64,000 nucleotides of DNA from an uncultured cyanobacterium (GTDB lineage: Bacteria; Cyanobacteriota; Cyanobacteriia; Cyanobacteriales; Nostocaceae). The first letter of the stretch is position 1. Every line of letters begins with the position of its first letter. The stretch lies in the NCBI GenBank assembly GCA_963706595.1, contig OY970166.1, positions 1,600,001-1,664,000 of the forward strand. The letters run 5' to 3'. The notes under the pieces are model-generated. The model saw only the letters and a program-made list of their open reading frames with translations. It did no database searches and was not told the DNA's origin. Positions 42,501-52,215 of this stretch are shown here, one piece after another. A program made the position numbers and the translations under genes.

Positions 42501-44318
42501 AACTGAATGTCTCCGGAAATCAGGAGAAATATAGCCAATGCGTAAGCGACGTTGTGGATTTCTATCATTTCTGTGAGTAATGAGAGTTGGTAGCCATTGA
42601 TTAACTACTTGCTGCTGATACCACAATTTAGCAGAGTCTAAAATCTGTTGAGGAGTAAAACTAATCAACGAACTTAAATTAAACAGAAAACAACAATGTA
42701 GTTTAGGATTATTGGGATTAATTTTTAACGCTTCATTTAACAGACTTATGCACTCTGACAACTTACCTTGTTCCCCGGAAAGAAATCCTAAAAGTTCGTA
42801 GGTTTCGCCATGATTAGGGTCTAATTGCAGGACTTGTTGGAAACATTCGAGAGCTAAATCAATCTGGGCATTTCTGTAGTAAGCATAGCCTAAGTTGTTT
42901 AGAGAATCAATGTGATTTGGATTAATCTTTACAGCCTGACGGTAAGAAGAAATAGCTGCGGGATAATCTTTTTGATTTTGGAAAATCACACCTAAATTAT
43001 AATGTGCTAACACACAATCTGGGTCAAGCTCTATCACAGATTTAAAATAACTTTTCGCTTGTTCCCATTGACTCTGACGCACCAACATTACCCCAGTATC
43101 ATTAATTTTTTCCGTGAGACTAGGTAATAATTCTAGGTCTGTTTGTGTTAACAGATTTTCAATATAATCCCCACCTTCCCCTTGTTGCCAAAGTAAAGCT
43201 AAATTGAACTTTGCACCCTGATAATCTGGATCTATTTTCAATACTTCAGAAAACTGCTCTATTGCCTTTGCAAACTGCTTTTGCCGCTTCAAAATTAATC
43301 CTAAACGATAGTGAGCCTTAGAATAATTGGGTTTGATGCTAATAGCATGAGTATAATTATCAATAGCCTTGTCCCACTCATCTTGTTGTTCATAGACAAA
43401 GCCCAAATTATAGTGAGATTTTGCTAACTGGGGTTGGATACTCAGAGCGCGTAAATACCATTTTGCGGCTAGGGTTAAATCATTTTGTAAAGTCAGGGCT
43501 GTTCCTAGCAAATGGCATACTTCCGCCGCTTCCGTTAACCGCCCCATTGCAGTTAAATGAGAAACAAGATATTGATCAATAGATTCATAAAACTGCACCC
43601 GCATTTCTGCCTTAAAATTGCGAGTTTGAGCGAGAAGTTGGTCAATTTGTCTTAGTAGAGCTTCTAATTGAATTGATGCTAAATGTTGCTCTAGTCTTTG
43701 AGCTAAACTCAAATTGTCTTCATGAGCAAATTGCTGTAGTAATGGTTGAAGTAAAGTTTCAATAATTAAGCATTGTTGAGGATTCAGAACCTCTTGCCAT
43801 TGCTCTGGTATCTCTGACTCTAATGGATAATTCTTTAATAACAGTGAAATATCAGTTTCAGTCAGGGCAATTTCTAAATATTTGGCTAATTGCTCAATTT
43901 CTAAATGTTCTTTTAAAATTAAGTTTTTTTTAGAGATTAATAAAGTTTTACTTAAATCAGGAAACCTCTTTTCTTGGTATAATTGCCAAAGTTCCAGAAA
44001 AGTAGATTCAAAAGTTGCCTTTTCTTTTGGGCAAGTAATGACAGCAGCCAGAATTTCACGGGGGTCTTGATGCAGATAAATACTCTTAGCTTGGCCTTGC
44101 TGAATTTTTTCTAACGCTAATTCTGAAGGAATTTGATATTGAATCAGCGTTAGTAGTGTGGGTTCTCCGATTATTTTAAAATAAGCGTCAATCTCAGCCG
44201 CCGCTTTACAAGCAGTGCCTTGAATATTTATTTTACCAGTTTGAGTCAGTAGAGCTTGACAAAGATTGTGACACAAACTTCTTAAATCCTGAGTTATTCC
44301 ACCACAAAAAATAATCAT
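39597..44318 (-). CDS. Multidomain TPR + GT41 (O-GlcNAc transferase/SPINDLY-like) + TPR + FkbM methyltransferase
   Basis: RIGYISPDFRRHSV, DLAGHT, PAPIQVTYLGY, FNNLRK, EALWMGVP; LDIGANHG and IKLDAEGEE FkbM motifs. Confidence 0.92.
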   Translation of the reverse strand: MIIFCGGITQDLRSLCHNLCQALLTQTGKINIQGTACKAAAEIDAYFKIIGEPTLLTLIQYQIPSELALEKIQQGQAKSIYLHQDPREILAAVITCPKEKATFESTFLELWQLYQEKRFPDLSKTLLISKKNLILKEHLEIEQLAKYLEIALTETDISLLLKNYPLESEIPEQWQEVLNPQQCLIIETLLQPLLQQFAHEDNLSLAQRLEQHLASIQLEALLRQIDQLLAQTRNFKAEMRVQFYESIDQYLVSHLTAMGRLTEAAEVCHLLGTALTLQNDLTLAAKWYLRALSIQPQLAKSHYNLGFVYEQQDEWDKAIDNYTHAISIKPNYSKAHYRLGLILKRQKQFAKAIEQFSEVLKIDPDYQGAKFNLALLWQQGEGGDYIENLLTQTDLELLPSLTEKINDTGVMLVRQSQWEQAKSYFKSVIELDPDCVLAHYNLGVIFQNQKDYPAAISSYRQAVKINPNHIDSLNNLGYAYYRNAQIDLALECFQQVLQLDPNHGETYELLGFLSGEQGKLSECISLLNEALKINPNNPKLHCCFLFNLSSLISFTPQQILDSAKLWYQQQVVNQWLPTLITHRNDRNPQRRLRIGYISPDFRRHSVSGFIKPVFQHHDRTQVEVFCYGEVNTPDEITDEIIDICDAWRSTVGLSDLEVAELIQADRIDVLVDLAGHTANNRMIVLGMKPAPIQVTYLGYFATTGLSTIDYWITDEVLHPDDTLEKTSESIWRLPRCYVGYETLKAAPNITELPCKKTGIFTFASFNNLRKLTPETFALWVEILKAVPHSRLVLKCASSDIFSPLIAERIQTPFVEQGIDPKRIFLYGGYASDKDHLNLYNQVDLHLDSIPYTGCTTTCEALWMGVPTLTLAGTRKMERMSASILHSVGLDDCITHSAADYVQKAIELAQNRDYLASLRSTMRERLLDSPLLDVKNMASTLEAAYRQMWQVYLAKETAESNSEKTHINVALPVDLDADNAINYYQQYLENHPNDAQAYYYLGQMYQKLDDVENAISSYLQSLAINRCAAATYQALGKLLEEQELIDQAEKYYRCALLVEPDNSEIRENLKVFLQQYCSKPANKVTPIFQKNGNNSEEIKYFKFIDADHLEPDECLVEIEGEVKVCVKNDINSLTGYVLLEQGDWFEPEMEFVRKLITPGMQILDIGANHGVYTLTMAKLLQGQGKITAYEPASSVFYLLRKGVEANNFNNVELVNAGLSDCEGEASLFLSSNSELNSLKQDGLSQEKETIKLLNLDRELEQHNWQQIDFIKLDAEGEEAKILAGGKNFFSEQSPLIMFELKHGKHINMRLIQLFQDLNYEIYYLVSGIGCLVPFDVNQPVDGYQLNLFACKVERSQQLAERGLLVQKITDKPLLPNSSYWLEAIATLNYAIPFLNQWQEYTTVSNADTKIYLEGLNYFFLAKSASLSPAQQLATLKHSFECIQQAVQAKASLFRYCSLARVAAELGQRKVSVEILEQLLANINSGRLIKVDEPFVPVSQQYDHQAFNDNLQDWLLVSIIETFDNRRVFSSYFSVKQTVSLLNQIIEKPFHSHQSEGRLLLAKKRLDGELYKVTA

Positions 44319-44379
44319 AAAAGCCTTCCACTGATAATAAGTTCACTAAAAATGATCAATCCAGCCAAATATCCAGTTA

Positions 44380-44576
44380 GAGGATGTTTTAAAAGTTTTG
44401 GGCGAATATAATATGGCTACGCCACGCCAAGGGCGAACGCTACTACACAAGCAAAGTCCAGCGACCTGGACTAATGAAGAATTAAGGTTTTTAACCCGCG
44501 TAGGCGGGTTTTGTCTGTATAGCTGCGACTTCTAGTCGCCGAGGCTCGTAATAAATTAGACTTTACAAACATCCTC
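44380..44576. mobile_element. MITE family A, copy 3, with an internal micro-insertion
   Basis: Same terminal repeats, TTA target duplication; extra ~24 nt at 44413-44437. Confidence 0.8.
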
Positions 44577-44579
44577 TTA

Positions 44580-44700
44580 GGGACTTCCAAATAAAAAAAA
44601 CTCCACAACCTAACCCAAAAACCTCTCAAACTCTCATGACTCTGTGTCCTCTGTGCCTCCGTGGTTAGTTTATTTGGATCATTTATTTCTGGAAAGTCCC
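44580..44700. mobile_element. MITE family B
   Basis: GGGACTTCCA ... TGGAAAGTCCC flanked by TTA on both sides. Confidence 0.7.
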
Positions 44701-44878
44701 TTATACAGCAGGTTGCAGGTATATGAAGTACAAAAGCAATAGTGAAAATATTGTGGGGGAGGGCAAAGATGCCCGCCCTTGTGTACCTCACAAAAATGAA
44801 ATGTGCTGTATGATCTCTAGTTAATTACTTATATCACAAGTAACCCAGGAGCAAATTACCATATAACTGAGTCCATAG

Positions 44879-45331
44879 CTAATCTAAAGCAGAAGAACCG
44901 CCACTTTGCCATGATTTAACAATGCCAATAATATCACCAAAGCGATTCTGATGCATAGCAGTATTAATGGCGCGAGCAATAGCAGATTGAATGGTTTGAT
45001 CTGTATGATTTACAGTCCCAGCATACATATTTCCCCTGATAATTACCACCTGACTAGAATCATGTCCGACAGCAGCATAGGTAACTCCCAGGGTCAGTTG
45101 ACCACTAGGGCTGACAGAACTTTGTGGAAATACGATTTCAGAGGCAAAACTGCTAGTTGTACCATTGGATAAAATGCTAGTAACTGCCGCCGAGGTTCTA
45201 GACTGGGAATCTGTACCAATAAACTGAGCCTGAGCAGGTTTTCCCGCTATAAATGAGCTGACAATAGCTCCCCCTAGCAAGAGAAACGCAATCACAGATT
45301 TGCTTGGTGTGTAGCTACAGTTGGTATTCAT
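44879..45331 (-). CDS. Secreted Ser/Thr/Ala-rich protein (paralog B), C-terminus KSWQSGGSSALD
   Basis: Signal peptide ending AQA; 150 aa. Confidence 0.85.
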   Translation of the reverse strand: MNTNCSYTPSKSVIAFLLLGGAIVSSFIAGKPAQAQFIGTDSQSRTSAAVTSILSNGTTSSFASEIVFPQSSVSPSGQLTLGVTYAAVGHDSSQVVIIRGNMYAGTVNHTDQTIQSAIARAINTAMHQNRFGDIIGIVKSWQSGGSSALD

Positions 45332-45566
45332 GATTGGGAAGTTCTAGTTGTTCACTATCCCAAGATTCACAACTTCAACTTTCACATCAGAATAAAAAAA
45401 GATGACATTGAGTCAAATTAAGAATAAAATAACCTCATCCCCTGGTTGAACTCACGGGGATGAAGTATGTGGGATAGGTCTTTGACTTTCTGTCCTATCT
45501 ACCATGAAGTTCGTTGATGATTCCTGCTATGTTCTCTTATGAGTAGGAATTATCGACTTTCTCTGA

Positions 45567-46019
45567 CTAATCCAAGGCAGAAGAACCGCCACTTTGCCAT
45601 GATTTAACAATGCCGATAACGTCACCAAATCTTGATGAAGTCGCAGCAAGATCAATAGAACGAGCAGTAGCAGCTTCTACTGTGCTAGCACTATAAATTG
45701 CAGTAGCAGCACTCATACTTGCGTTCACAATCGCGATTTGACTAACGTCAGTACCAATTGTAGCATATGTAAGATCAAGCTCTAAAGCACCAGTCGAAGC
45801 AATACTTGATTCTGGAAATACAATTTCAGCCGCAAAGCTGTTAGTATTGTCATTCGATAAAATACTAGTCACAGCCGCAGATACTCTTGATTGAGACTCA
45901 GCACCGATGAACTGAGCTTTAGCTGGTTCAGCAGAAATGAATGATGCTGCAACTGCGCTACCTGCTAAAAGGGAGGAAATAGCAGCAGCTTTTAATGTCT
46001 TGTTAGATTTTACGCTCAT
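45567..46019 (-). CDS. Secreted Ser/Thr/Ala-rich protein (paralog A), C-terminus KSWQSGGSSALD
   Basis: Signal peptide ending AKA; AGGTGA RBS; 150 aa. Confidence 0.85.
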   Translation of the reverse strand: MSVKSNKTLKAAAISSLLAGSAVAASFISAEPAKAQFIGAESQSRVSAAVTSILSNDNTNSFAAEIVFPESSIASTGALELDLTYATIGTDVSQIAIVNASMSAATAIYSASTVEAATARSIDLAATSSRFGDVIGIVKSWQSGGSSALD

Positions 46020-47023
46020 GGTTATATCACCTGATTTTGTTTACTAAAATCTACTCGCTACAAAAAATAGCCATCTTCTGTATTCAAGAAAAACCTTAAT
46101 TTTCAGCTTTTCAACCTTCAGATAGAGATTCAATTTCTGAGCATAAAGGAAGCATTTTTTAGTTCAGACATCCTCAGAAAAATAATCAAGGAAAAATTTA
46201 ATTTTTCCTGAAACCTGAAAGTAGAGATTACACAGATTGCGTGTCTAGGTTCTAGCAACGAGTAAGAATATGCTTCATAGCTTAAGCGAAGCATAATCAG
46301 TTTGTCAAGAAGAAAAATGTTTTATTATTAACTAAATTTTGTGAAGCTTTTACATAAAATTACTTAGGTAAAATTTCTGTAATTTTATGATTAAAAATAT
46401 TTATTTACCAAGTAATATTGCTTGAATTGCAGGCTGAAAGTAAATCTTTGCTTCAATTTGACTCTTAATATCAAGTTAGTATAATTAGCTATGTTTGCCT
46501 CTAGCAGCCCTAGTCATACCCTCCCCTGACTAATTAATTATTCACAAATACATTGTAAAACCTATACAGAGTAACGATTTAAGGGTTTCAATTTTTATTA
46601 CATGGTGAGATGTATTCGTGCCTACCGATTGAGAAAGGAATTATCTTCAATTTTATACAAGAAATATTTAGCCTCAAAAATACTCATCAGTGCAGTTACA
46701 CAAGTACAAATATACTTATTACATAATATTACTTGTTCAAGACCAACGAAATCAAATTATTAATTAAGTGACTTTACATAATTTATGTCCCAATAAAAAT
46801 ATATTAGAAATCAAAAATATTTGCTATCTTAAGACATAAAGTTTTTAGATATAAGCATTTGAGTGAGGTGCAACGCCCTTGCTATATGCTATGTAACTTT
46901 TTTTAACGAATTAGGTCAAAATTATCGGAACCTATCTCGGATGAAGGTGATATTTTGCCAGTTCTTTAGCTCATAAATATCTTTTTCGTTGTAATTGTTA
47001 CAAAGAATTTATATAAGAATATT

Positions 47024-50000
47024 ATGGATACACAACGTCTTTTCTGGTTTGCTGGGATTTTATTGAGTCTATTGGCCTCAGAATCCTTATCGGCACAAGC
47101 TTTGACAACAGGGAAAAAAAAAGTAGAGACTCTGAACAGTATCAATATAATCAGTCAGGATAATGAAACTAAAAAACAGTCAGAATTAACAAAAAAAGCG
47201 TTTGGGGAAAAACACATCACTCCTTCTAATCCAGAAATAATAACTTTTATTGGTTTTTCCCCAAAACAAACATCGTTTAATGCAGAAATCAATCGCAGTC
47301 AAGATTCTGCATATAAGTTACTAGAAAAATTGCTACATAAAAACTCTAGTTGTCAGAAACATTCTCAGAAGAATTCACCACCAATACCCGTCACGAAGGA
47401 AGATAACACCGATACTCAGCAATACATTCAGCCAGAACTCTCTGATTGTGAAGAGGATAGTATTTCCTTTCGGCTATCTAACTCTAATAATAGTCAGATT
47501 TTGAATGAGGATTCAAAGCTTAAGTTAAATCTCAAAGATTCCGCCAATTTACAGGTTGAAAAGTTAGATTCTGAACCCACCTTTTCGCCTCAGTTATTGA
47601 TTGCACAAGAAACAAATAATCAAAGCCAAGTACCGTTGATTCCCCTTCAACCAAATCTACCTATAGTTCCCGATGAATTACCTTCTTTACCCATTCCAGA
47701 AGATATACCAGAAGATAAACCCGCATTAACACCTGAAGATACACCAGAGGATAAACCAGTATTAACACCTGAAGAAAATCAAAAACTGCTGAGGACTTTA
47801 ATCCGTAGCTTGTTAGAAAACAGCGCCTCCAGATATCCATTCCTGGTAAACACCAGCGATAAGCTTATTATTAACCCTCGTAATTTTCGACCTTTGAAAT
47901 TTGATTTTTATTCAAATTTTAATTTTGATTTGGATAAGTTTGAGCCTAGTGGTCCCTCTCAACCAGAACAATTTAGTGATCCTCTAATTAAATCAGCTAA
48001 TATTTCTTTTTATCCTGATGATAATCAGTTCTATTGGGTTTTAGATGGGAATCGAGTGGTGATTTCGACTGAAGGAAAACATTTTAACCTTGGTTATCAG
48101 GGAAGGAGTACTCAAGAAAATAGTAGACAAGTTGCTAAAGTCTCTACAGTTTTTTGGGGCGTGCAAACAGTATTTGGTATTCCTAATATCTTTGGAGATT
48201 TAGTTGGTGATAAGAAGTTAGAGGATTTAAATATTATTAGCGGTGCTGCGGAAATAGTATTACCTCCGGGAGCTACTTTAGCTGATAATGCCAGCTTTAC
48301 TATTAATGTAACTCAACAAGATGGAAGTTTTTTTAAAAACTTTATTCCTCTAGATGACACACGCAAAGCCACTACAGGTACACTTTTGGGAGGAGGTTCT
48401 TTCTTTGATAATTTAGATGCTACGAATGCGCCTAAATTTTTACAAGGGTTTCCTACTATCAATTTACAACCTTTGTTAAATAATGGTGTGAAGCTAGAAA
48501 TTGGCACTATTATTCCCCCTGAAAATCTTACTGCTGCTGGACTGACATTCGGTGATTTTTTCACTAAGGAAGGATTTCAATTTAATTCTCCAATTAGTTC
48601 TTTACCTGGGATAAAGAATTTACGTATTAATCAAACTGATAATGATGATATTGTAGCGATTCTCAGCAATCCTTTTTTAACTAAGGAAGAAAGAGATTTT
48701 CATTATCTCAATTCTTTGCAGTGGTATAACTTTGGTCAACAAAGTCCTGACGTTACTAGTTCGCCTACATCAGATATTAATAATCAAGATTGGCAGAGAT
48801 ATACTGTCAGTTGGTCAAAGAACCGGACTTTATTGGAATATGATCCAGAAAATATTAAACTTAGTTATTTAAATGTTTTTTCTAATCCTGGTTTATCTAT
48901 AACTACAACCCAATGGAAAAATACTGATTTTAATCAAACTATAAATGCTAGTTTAGGTTTAATGATGGGTAGCGTCTTTAATTTAATTAATCCGGGGAAT
49001 TTAAATGAAACTATTGGTGAGGCTAAGGAAAAGTATAAAAATTTGCAACCGTTAGCTACTTTGAATACTAAAGCTACATCTCAACAACGAAGACAAATGA
49101 ATGAACGGTTAAATAGCACGCTGAATTATGGTAATAGCAATAGTAAACTTGCTCAAGTTTCAGGAAGTTATACTTTTGCGGGAAATGTGACTCCAGAGAG
49201 TTCATTGTTATTACAAATGAGAACTGGTATTTACCAAAGAAGTGTGCAATTTATTCAGCAAGATATACAAGACTGGACTCCTGAAACTCCTGTGTTTATA
49301 GATTTTGCTCGTCCCAGTGATTTGGGTCCGATATTTTTTACTGGTGTTAATATTCCTACTAATGGAACTCAAATTAATGCCCCTCAAACGTTTGAAGTTA
49401 GTTTTCTTCGGGCTGAAACTTCAGATGGAGAAGTTTTAATTGATCAATCTTATGTTTTTGACAATAATTTGGCTAGTCTATTTACAGCAGTGCCAATTTT
49501 GGGGGCGGGTAAAACCTATGATATAGATTTTGGACGGATAAAACTGAGCAAGTTTCGACAAAGAGATATTTCAACATCTTCTTATGTCGGACATCTCTAT
49601 TTACCATCGATTGAATTTGTGATGACAGGAAGTGTTAACAATCTTAGTTATGCTTTATCTACGGGAATGTGGTTTAATTTCTCTCCAGATTCTGCACCTC
49701 TTGTTAATAATAATTTGGGTAATTTGAATGCTAATGCTACTACAGAAAGTTTTATGGGAGGAATGTTGAAGTTTTCGGCTAAAGCAGATTTTAATAATAT
49801 ATTTTATGATAATAATAAACAGTGGAATACTATTATATCTAATGCACCTTTTGTTTCGCTAGATTATAATACTAATCCTAATCGTCTTAATCTTTCAAAT
49901 ATTTCTATTGGTAATGTGTTTCAGTTTGTCAAACCAGATTTTAATATAGTTTTTTATCCGATTCTAACTTATTATCCTAAATTACTCAATTCTGGTGTTG

Positions 50001-50344
50001 ATTCTAACAGTGTGGGTGACATTAATGCTTTTTTTCTCCTGAGTTTTTCCCATAAAGTGGGGTTAAACTTTAATGGTTCTTTATCTCTGGGTAATCAAGC
50101 TTTCTACAAGTTTGAAACTACTTATGATGTGATTAAGAATAAAAATTTTGGGACTTTAAAAGTTGGTCCTTACTATTCTAATCATTCTTCGGCTACTAGA
50201 GGGTTTGAAAGCCAATTTGAAGATCCTAATTATGGAATGGTATTTGGCTATGAAAGTGCTAATTCTGGTTTGTTGTTAAATTCTCGTTTAGGAACTAGCA
50301 ATTATGGTCTTAGAGGAGAAGTGAACTTGGAGTTTAAATTTTAG
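47024..50344 (+). CDS. Large exported protein, probable outer-membrane beta-barrel
   Basis: Signal peptide, Pro/Glu-rich linker, amphipathic C-terminal strands ending in GEVNLEFKF (terminal Phe). Confidence 0.75.
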   Translation: MDTQRLFWFAGILLSLLASESLSAQALTTGKKKVETLNSINIISQDNETKKQSELTKKAFGEKHITPSNPEIITFIGFSPKQTSFNAEINRSQDSAYKLLEKLLHKNSSCQKHSQKNSPPIPVTKEDNTDTQQYIQPELSDCEEDSISFRLSNSNNSQILNEDSKLKLNLKDSANLQVEKLDSEPTFSPQLLIAQETNNQSQVPLIPLQPNLPIVPDELPSLPIPEDIPEDKPALTPEDTPEDKPVLTPEENQKLLRTLIRSLLENSASRYPFLVNTSDKLIINPRNFRPLKFDFYSNFNFDLDKFEPSGPSQPEQFSDPLIKSANISFYPDDNQFYWVLDGNRVVISTEGKHFNLGYQGRSTQENSRQVAKVSTVFWGVQTVFGIPNIFGDLVGDKKLEDLNIISGAAEIVLPPGATLADNASFTINVTQQDGSFFKNFIPLDDTRKATTGTLLGGGSFFDNLDATNAPKFLQGFPTINLQPLLNNGVKLEIGTIIPPENLTAAGLTFGDFFTKEGFQFNSPISSLPGIKNLRINQTDNDDIVAILSNPFLTKEERDFHYLNSLQWYNFGQQSPDVTSSPTSDINNQDWQRYTVSWSKNRTLLEYDPENIKLSYLNVFSNPGLSITTTQWKNTDFNQTINASLGLMMGSVFNLINPGNLNETIGEAKEKYKNLQPLATLNTKATSQQRRQMNERLNSTLNYGNSNSKLAQVSGSYTFAGNVTPESSLLLQMRTGIYQRSVQFIQQDIQDWTPETPVFIDFARPSDLGPIFFTGVNIPTNGTQINAPQTFEVSFLRAETSDGEVLIDQSYVFDNNLASLFTAVPILGAGKTYDIDFGRIKLSKFRQRDISTSSYVGHLYLPSIEFVMTGSVNNLSYALSTGMWFNFSPDSAPLVNNNLGNLNANATTESFMGGMLKFSAKADFNNIFYDNNKQWNTIISNAPFVSLDYNTNPNRLNLSNISIGNVFQFVKPDFNIVFYPILTYYPKLLNSGVDSNSVGDINAFFLLSFSHKVGLNFNGSLSLGNQAFYKFETTYDVIKNKNFGTLKVGPYYSNHSSATRGFESQFEDPNYGMVFGYESANSGLLLNSRLGTSNYGLRGEVNLEFKF

Positions 50345-50492
50345 GATGTCTCTGATTTATCTGTGTTAAATGGCGGAGGTTTTCTGGCTGATTTGAGTTA
50401 TGGCTGGGCAGTGGGTTAAAACTCTTTTGGTCTCTAAGTTTGATTATCCGTTTATGTCTTAACCTCCTTGGCGGTTGCTATAACTCAAAGAT

Positions 50493-51050
50493 TCAGTCTA
50501 AAGCTGGGATGGGAAATGAAAGTGTAGTATTGGTGATCAAGGAACCGGCGGTGGTGACATTAAAATTTACATCCGCAGGTGCAACAATCTGATTAGAAGG
50601 TATAACAACATTAATATTAGCGCTGCTAACTGTAGTGGAAATATCAATATTCACACTTCCTGTCCCTGTTTTTATTTCAGGTTCATTAGTTCCTCGTTTG
50701 ATAGCAGATACAAAGCTAGGGCGTGTCGGACTTGTTCCTTGAATTTTAAATTCAGTTGGTGGCTGATTATTTGGGATATTTATTACTGATGGAGTTGGTA
50801 TTTGAACAGTTGTAATGGGAACGCTGATGGTGGAAATATTTTGTGTGGGGATTCTTGGTATTGTAACGGTTGGTATGGGAACGCTGATGGTGGGTTGTAC
50901 GATGGAAATTTTGGGTATTGTTATGGTGGGAATCTTCGGTCTGGGTATGGATTGGGCTTGAGCAGTTTCAGATATGAAAGCGGATAGAAGGAGTGTTAAG
51001 AGTAAGCTTTTAATTTCCATATTTGGTAGAGGTTTGATTGTGGGTGTCAT
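50493..51050 (-). CDS. Secreted Pro/Thr/Ile-rich protein ending IPALD
   Basis: Signal peptide ending AQA; IPT/IP repeats. Confidence 0.7.
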   Translation of the reverse strand: MTPTIKPLPNMEIKSLLLTLLLSAFISETAQAQSIPRPKIPTITIPKISIVQPTISVPIPTVTIPRIPTQNISTISVPITTVQIPTPSVINIPNNQPPTEFKIQGTSPTRPSFVSAIKRGTNEPEIKTGTGSVNIDISTTVSSANINVVIPSNQIVAPADVNFNVTTAGSLITNTTLSFPIPALD

Positions 51051-51382
51051 GGAATTTACTCCGATGAGGTTTTTTGGAATAGCTCCTCGTATTTTTACGG
51101 TGATTATTCCAGAAAAGGTTTAATATATGCATGAGTATTTGCTGAGATTTTAGCAGAATAATTCTGAGAAGACAAGTATAAAAATGAAAATCAGCAGTGT
51201 GTAAAAAATGCTTAGTCTGTAGTTATTTGGGATATGCTGTGCTAACAGACTTGCTCTGATCACAATACTATCTGAAAAAATGTGGTTTTAACTACGCTAT
51301 TCAATTGAATGAGTAAGATAAACTTGCTCTATGCCTGTCATCAAAATACTGACCTTCATTTAGTAATAAAACAGGAGAAGCA

Positions 51383-51607
51383 ATGAGCCAAGAGATCGCC
51401 AAAGTAATATTATGGGAAGAAAAACAAAAAAACTATCTAAAAAAGTTCTATGACCTACAATTTACTCCCAGAATAGGTGAGGAAGTTTACCTCAACAAGG
51501 AAAATTGGAAAGTTACCAGAATTGAGCATGATTTAGAAGTTAGCGAGGTTAATATCTATATGGAATTAATCAAAAAAGCGAAGCCGGAGAAATCGTCTCA
51601 TTCATAA
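51383..51607 (+). CDS. Small hypothetical protein
   Basis: 74 aa with AGGAG RBS. Confidence 0.7.
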   Translation: MSQEIAKVILWEEKQKNYLKKFYDLQFTPRIGEEVYLNKENWKVTRIEHDLEVSEVNIYMELIKKAKPEKSSHS

Positions 51608-51941
51608 ATCAATCTGTACTTGCATCTAAAATTGCTCAGGAATTATGCGCCAAATCCTTGATTTTCGCCTGCATCAGTCCTGAACTGCTATGTGTTTTTG
51701 GTTTGATTTTTAGCCAGTTGCAGTGAAGTGGTGATCTCGTGCTGTAACTACCTGTATCAACCATTTAGAGGCGTTCTACAGCGCGACGATCAGCAACTGG
51801 CAATTGTGTGGGATTTCTGAGACTAGAGGTATTTTATCCCTCAGACTACGAAGCTGTTTGTCTCAGTGACCCGGCTGATATATTTATTAAAACTGCAATA
51901 GGCAAATTTTGTCTGCCAAATTGCCATAATGTCAAACAGCA

Positions 51942-51983
51942 GTGGGGAGTGGGGAGTGGGGAGTGGGGAGTGGGGAGTGGGGG
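51942..51983. repeat. Heptamer tandem repeat (GTGGGGA)n, STRR-like
   Basis: About six tandem copies. Other heptamer runs at 12093-12123 (AATTCAA) and 25966-26005 (TTACGAA). Confidence 0.8.
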
Positions 51984-52215
51984 AGAAGAGGAATGGTTGT
52001 GAAGTAACCGGAAGTTTAAAATAATTTCTTACTCCCCCTTGCTCCCTGCGCCCTGCTCCCCTGCTTCTTCTGGGGAGTGGGTTAAAAGCCGAATGAAGTT
52101 TGATTATCCGTTTATGTCTTACTATAAGTGAGATACAAGAACCCCACCCCCAACCCCCTCCCCGCAAGCGAGGAGGGGGCTATGATTTACTTCATTGAAG
52201 TGCATACCGCTAGAT

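Noticed and set aside
44879..46019. The two paralogs as RiPP precursors or type IV pilins
   Set aside because: They have Sec-type AxA signal peptides, no GG leader or prepilin GFxxxE motif, and no RiPP maturases nearby
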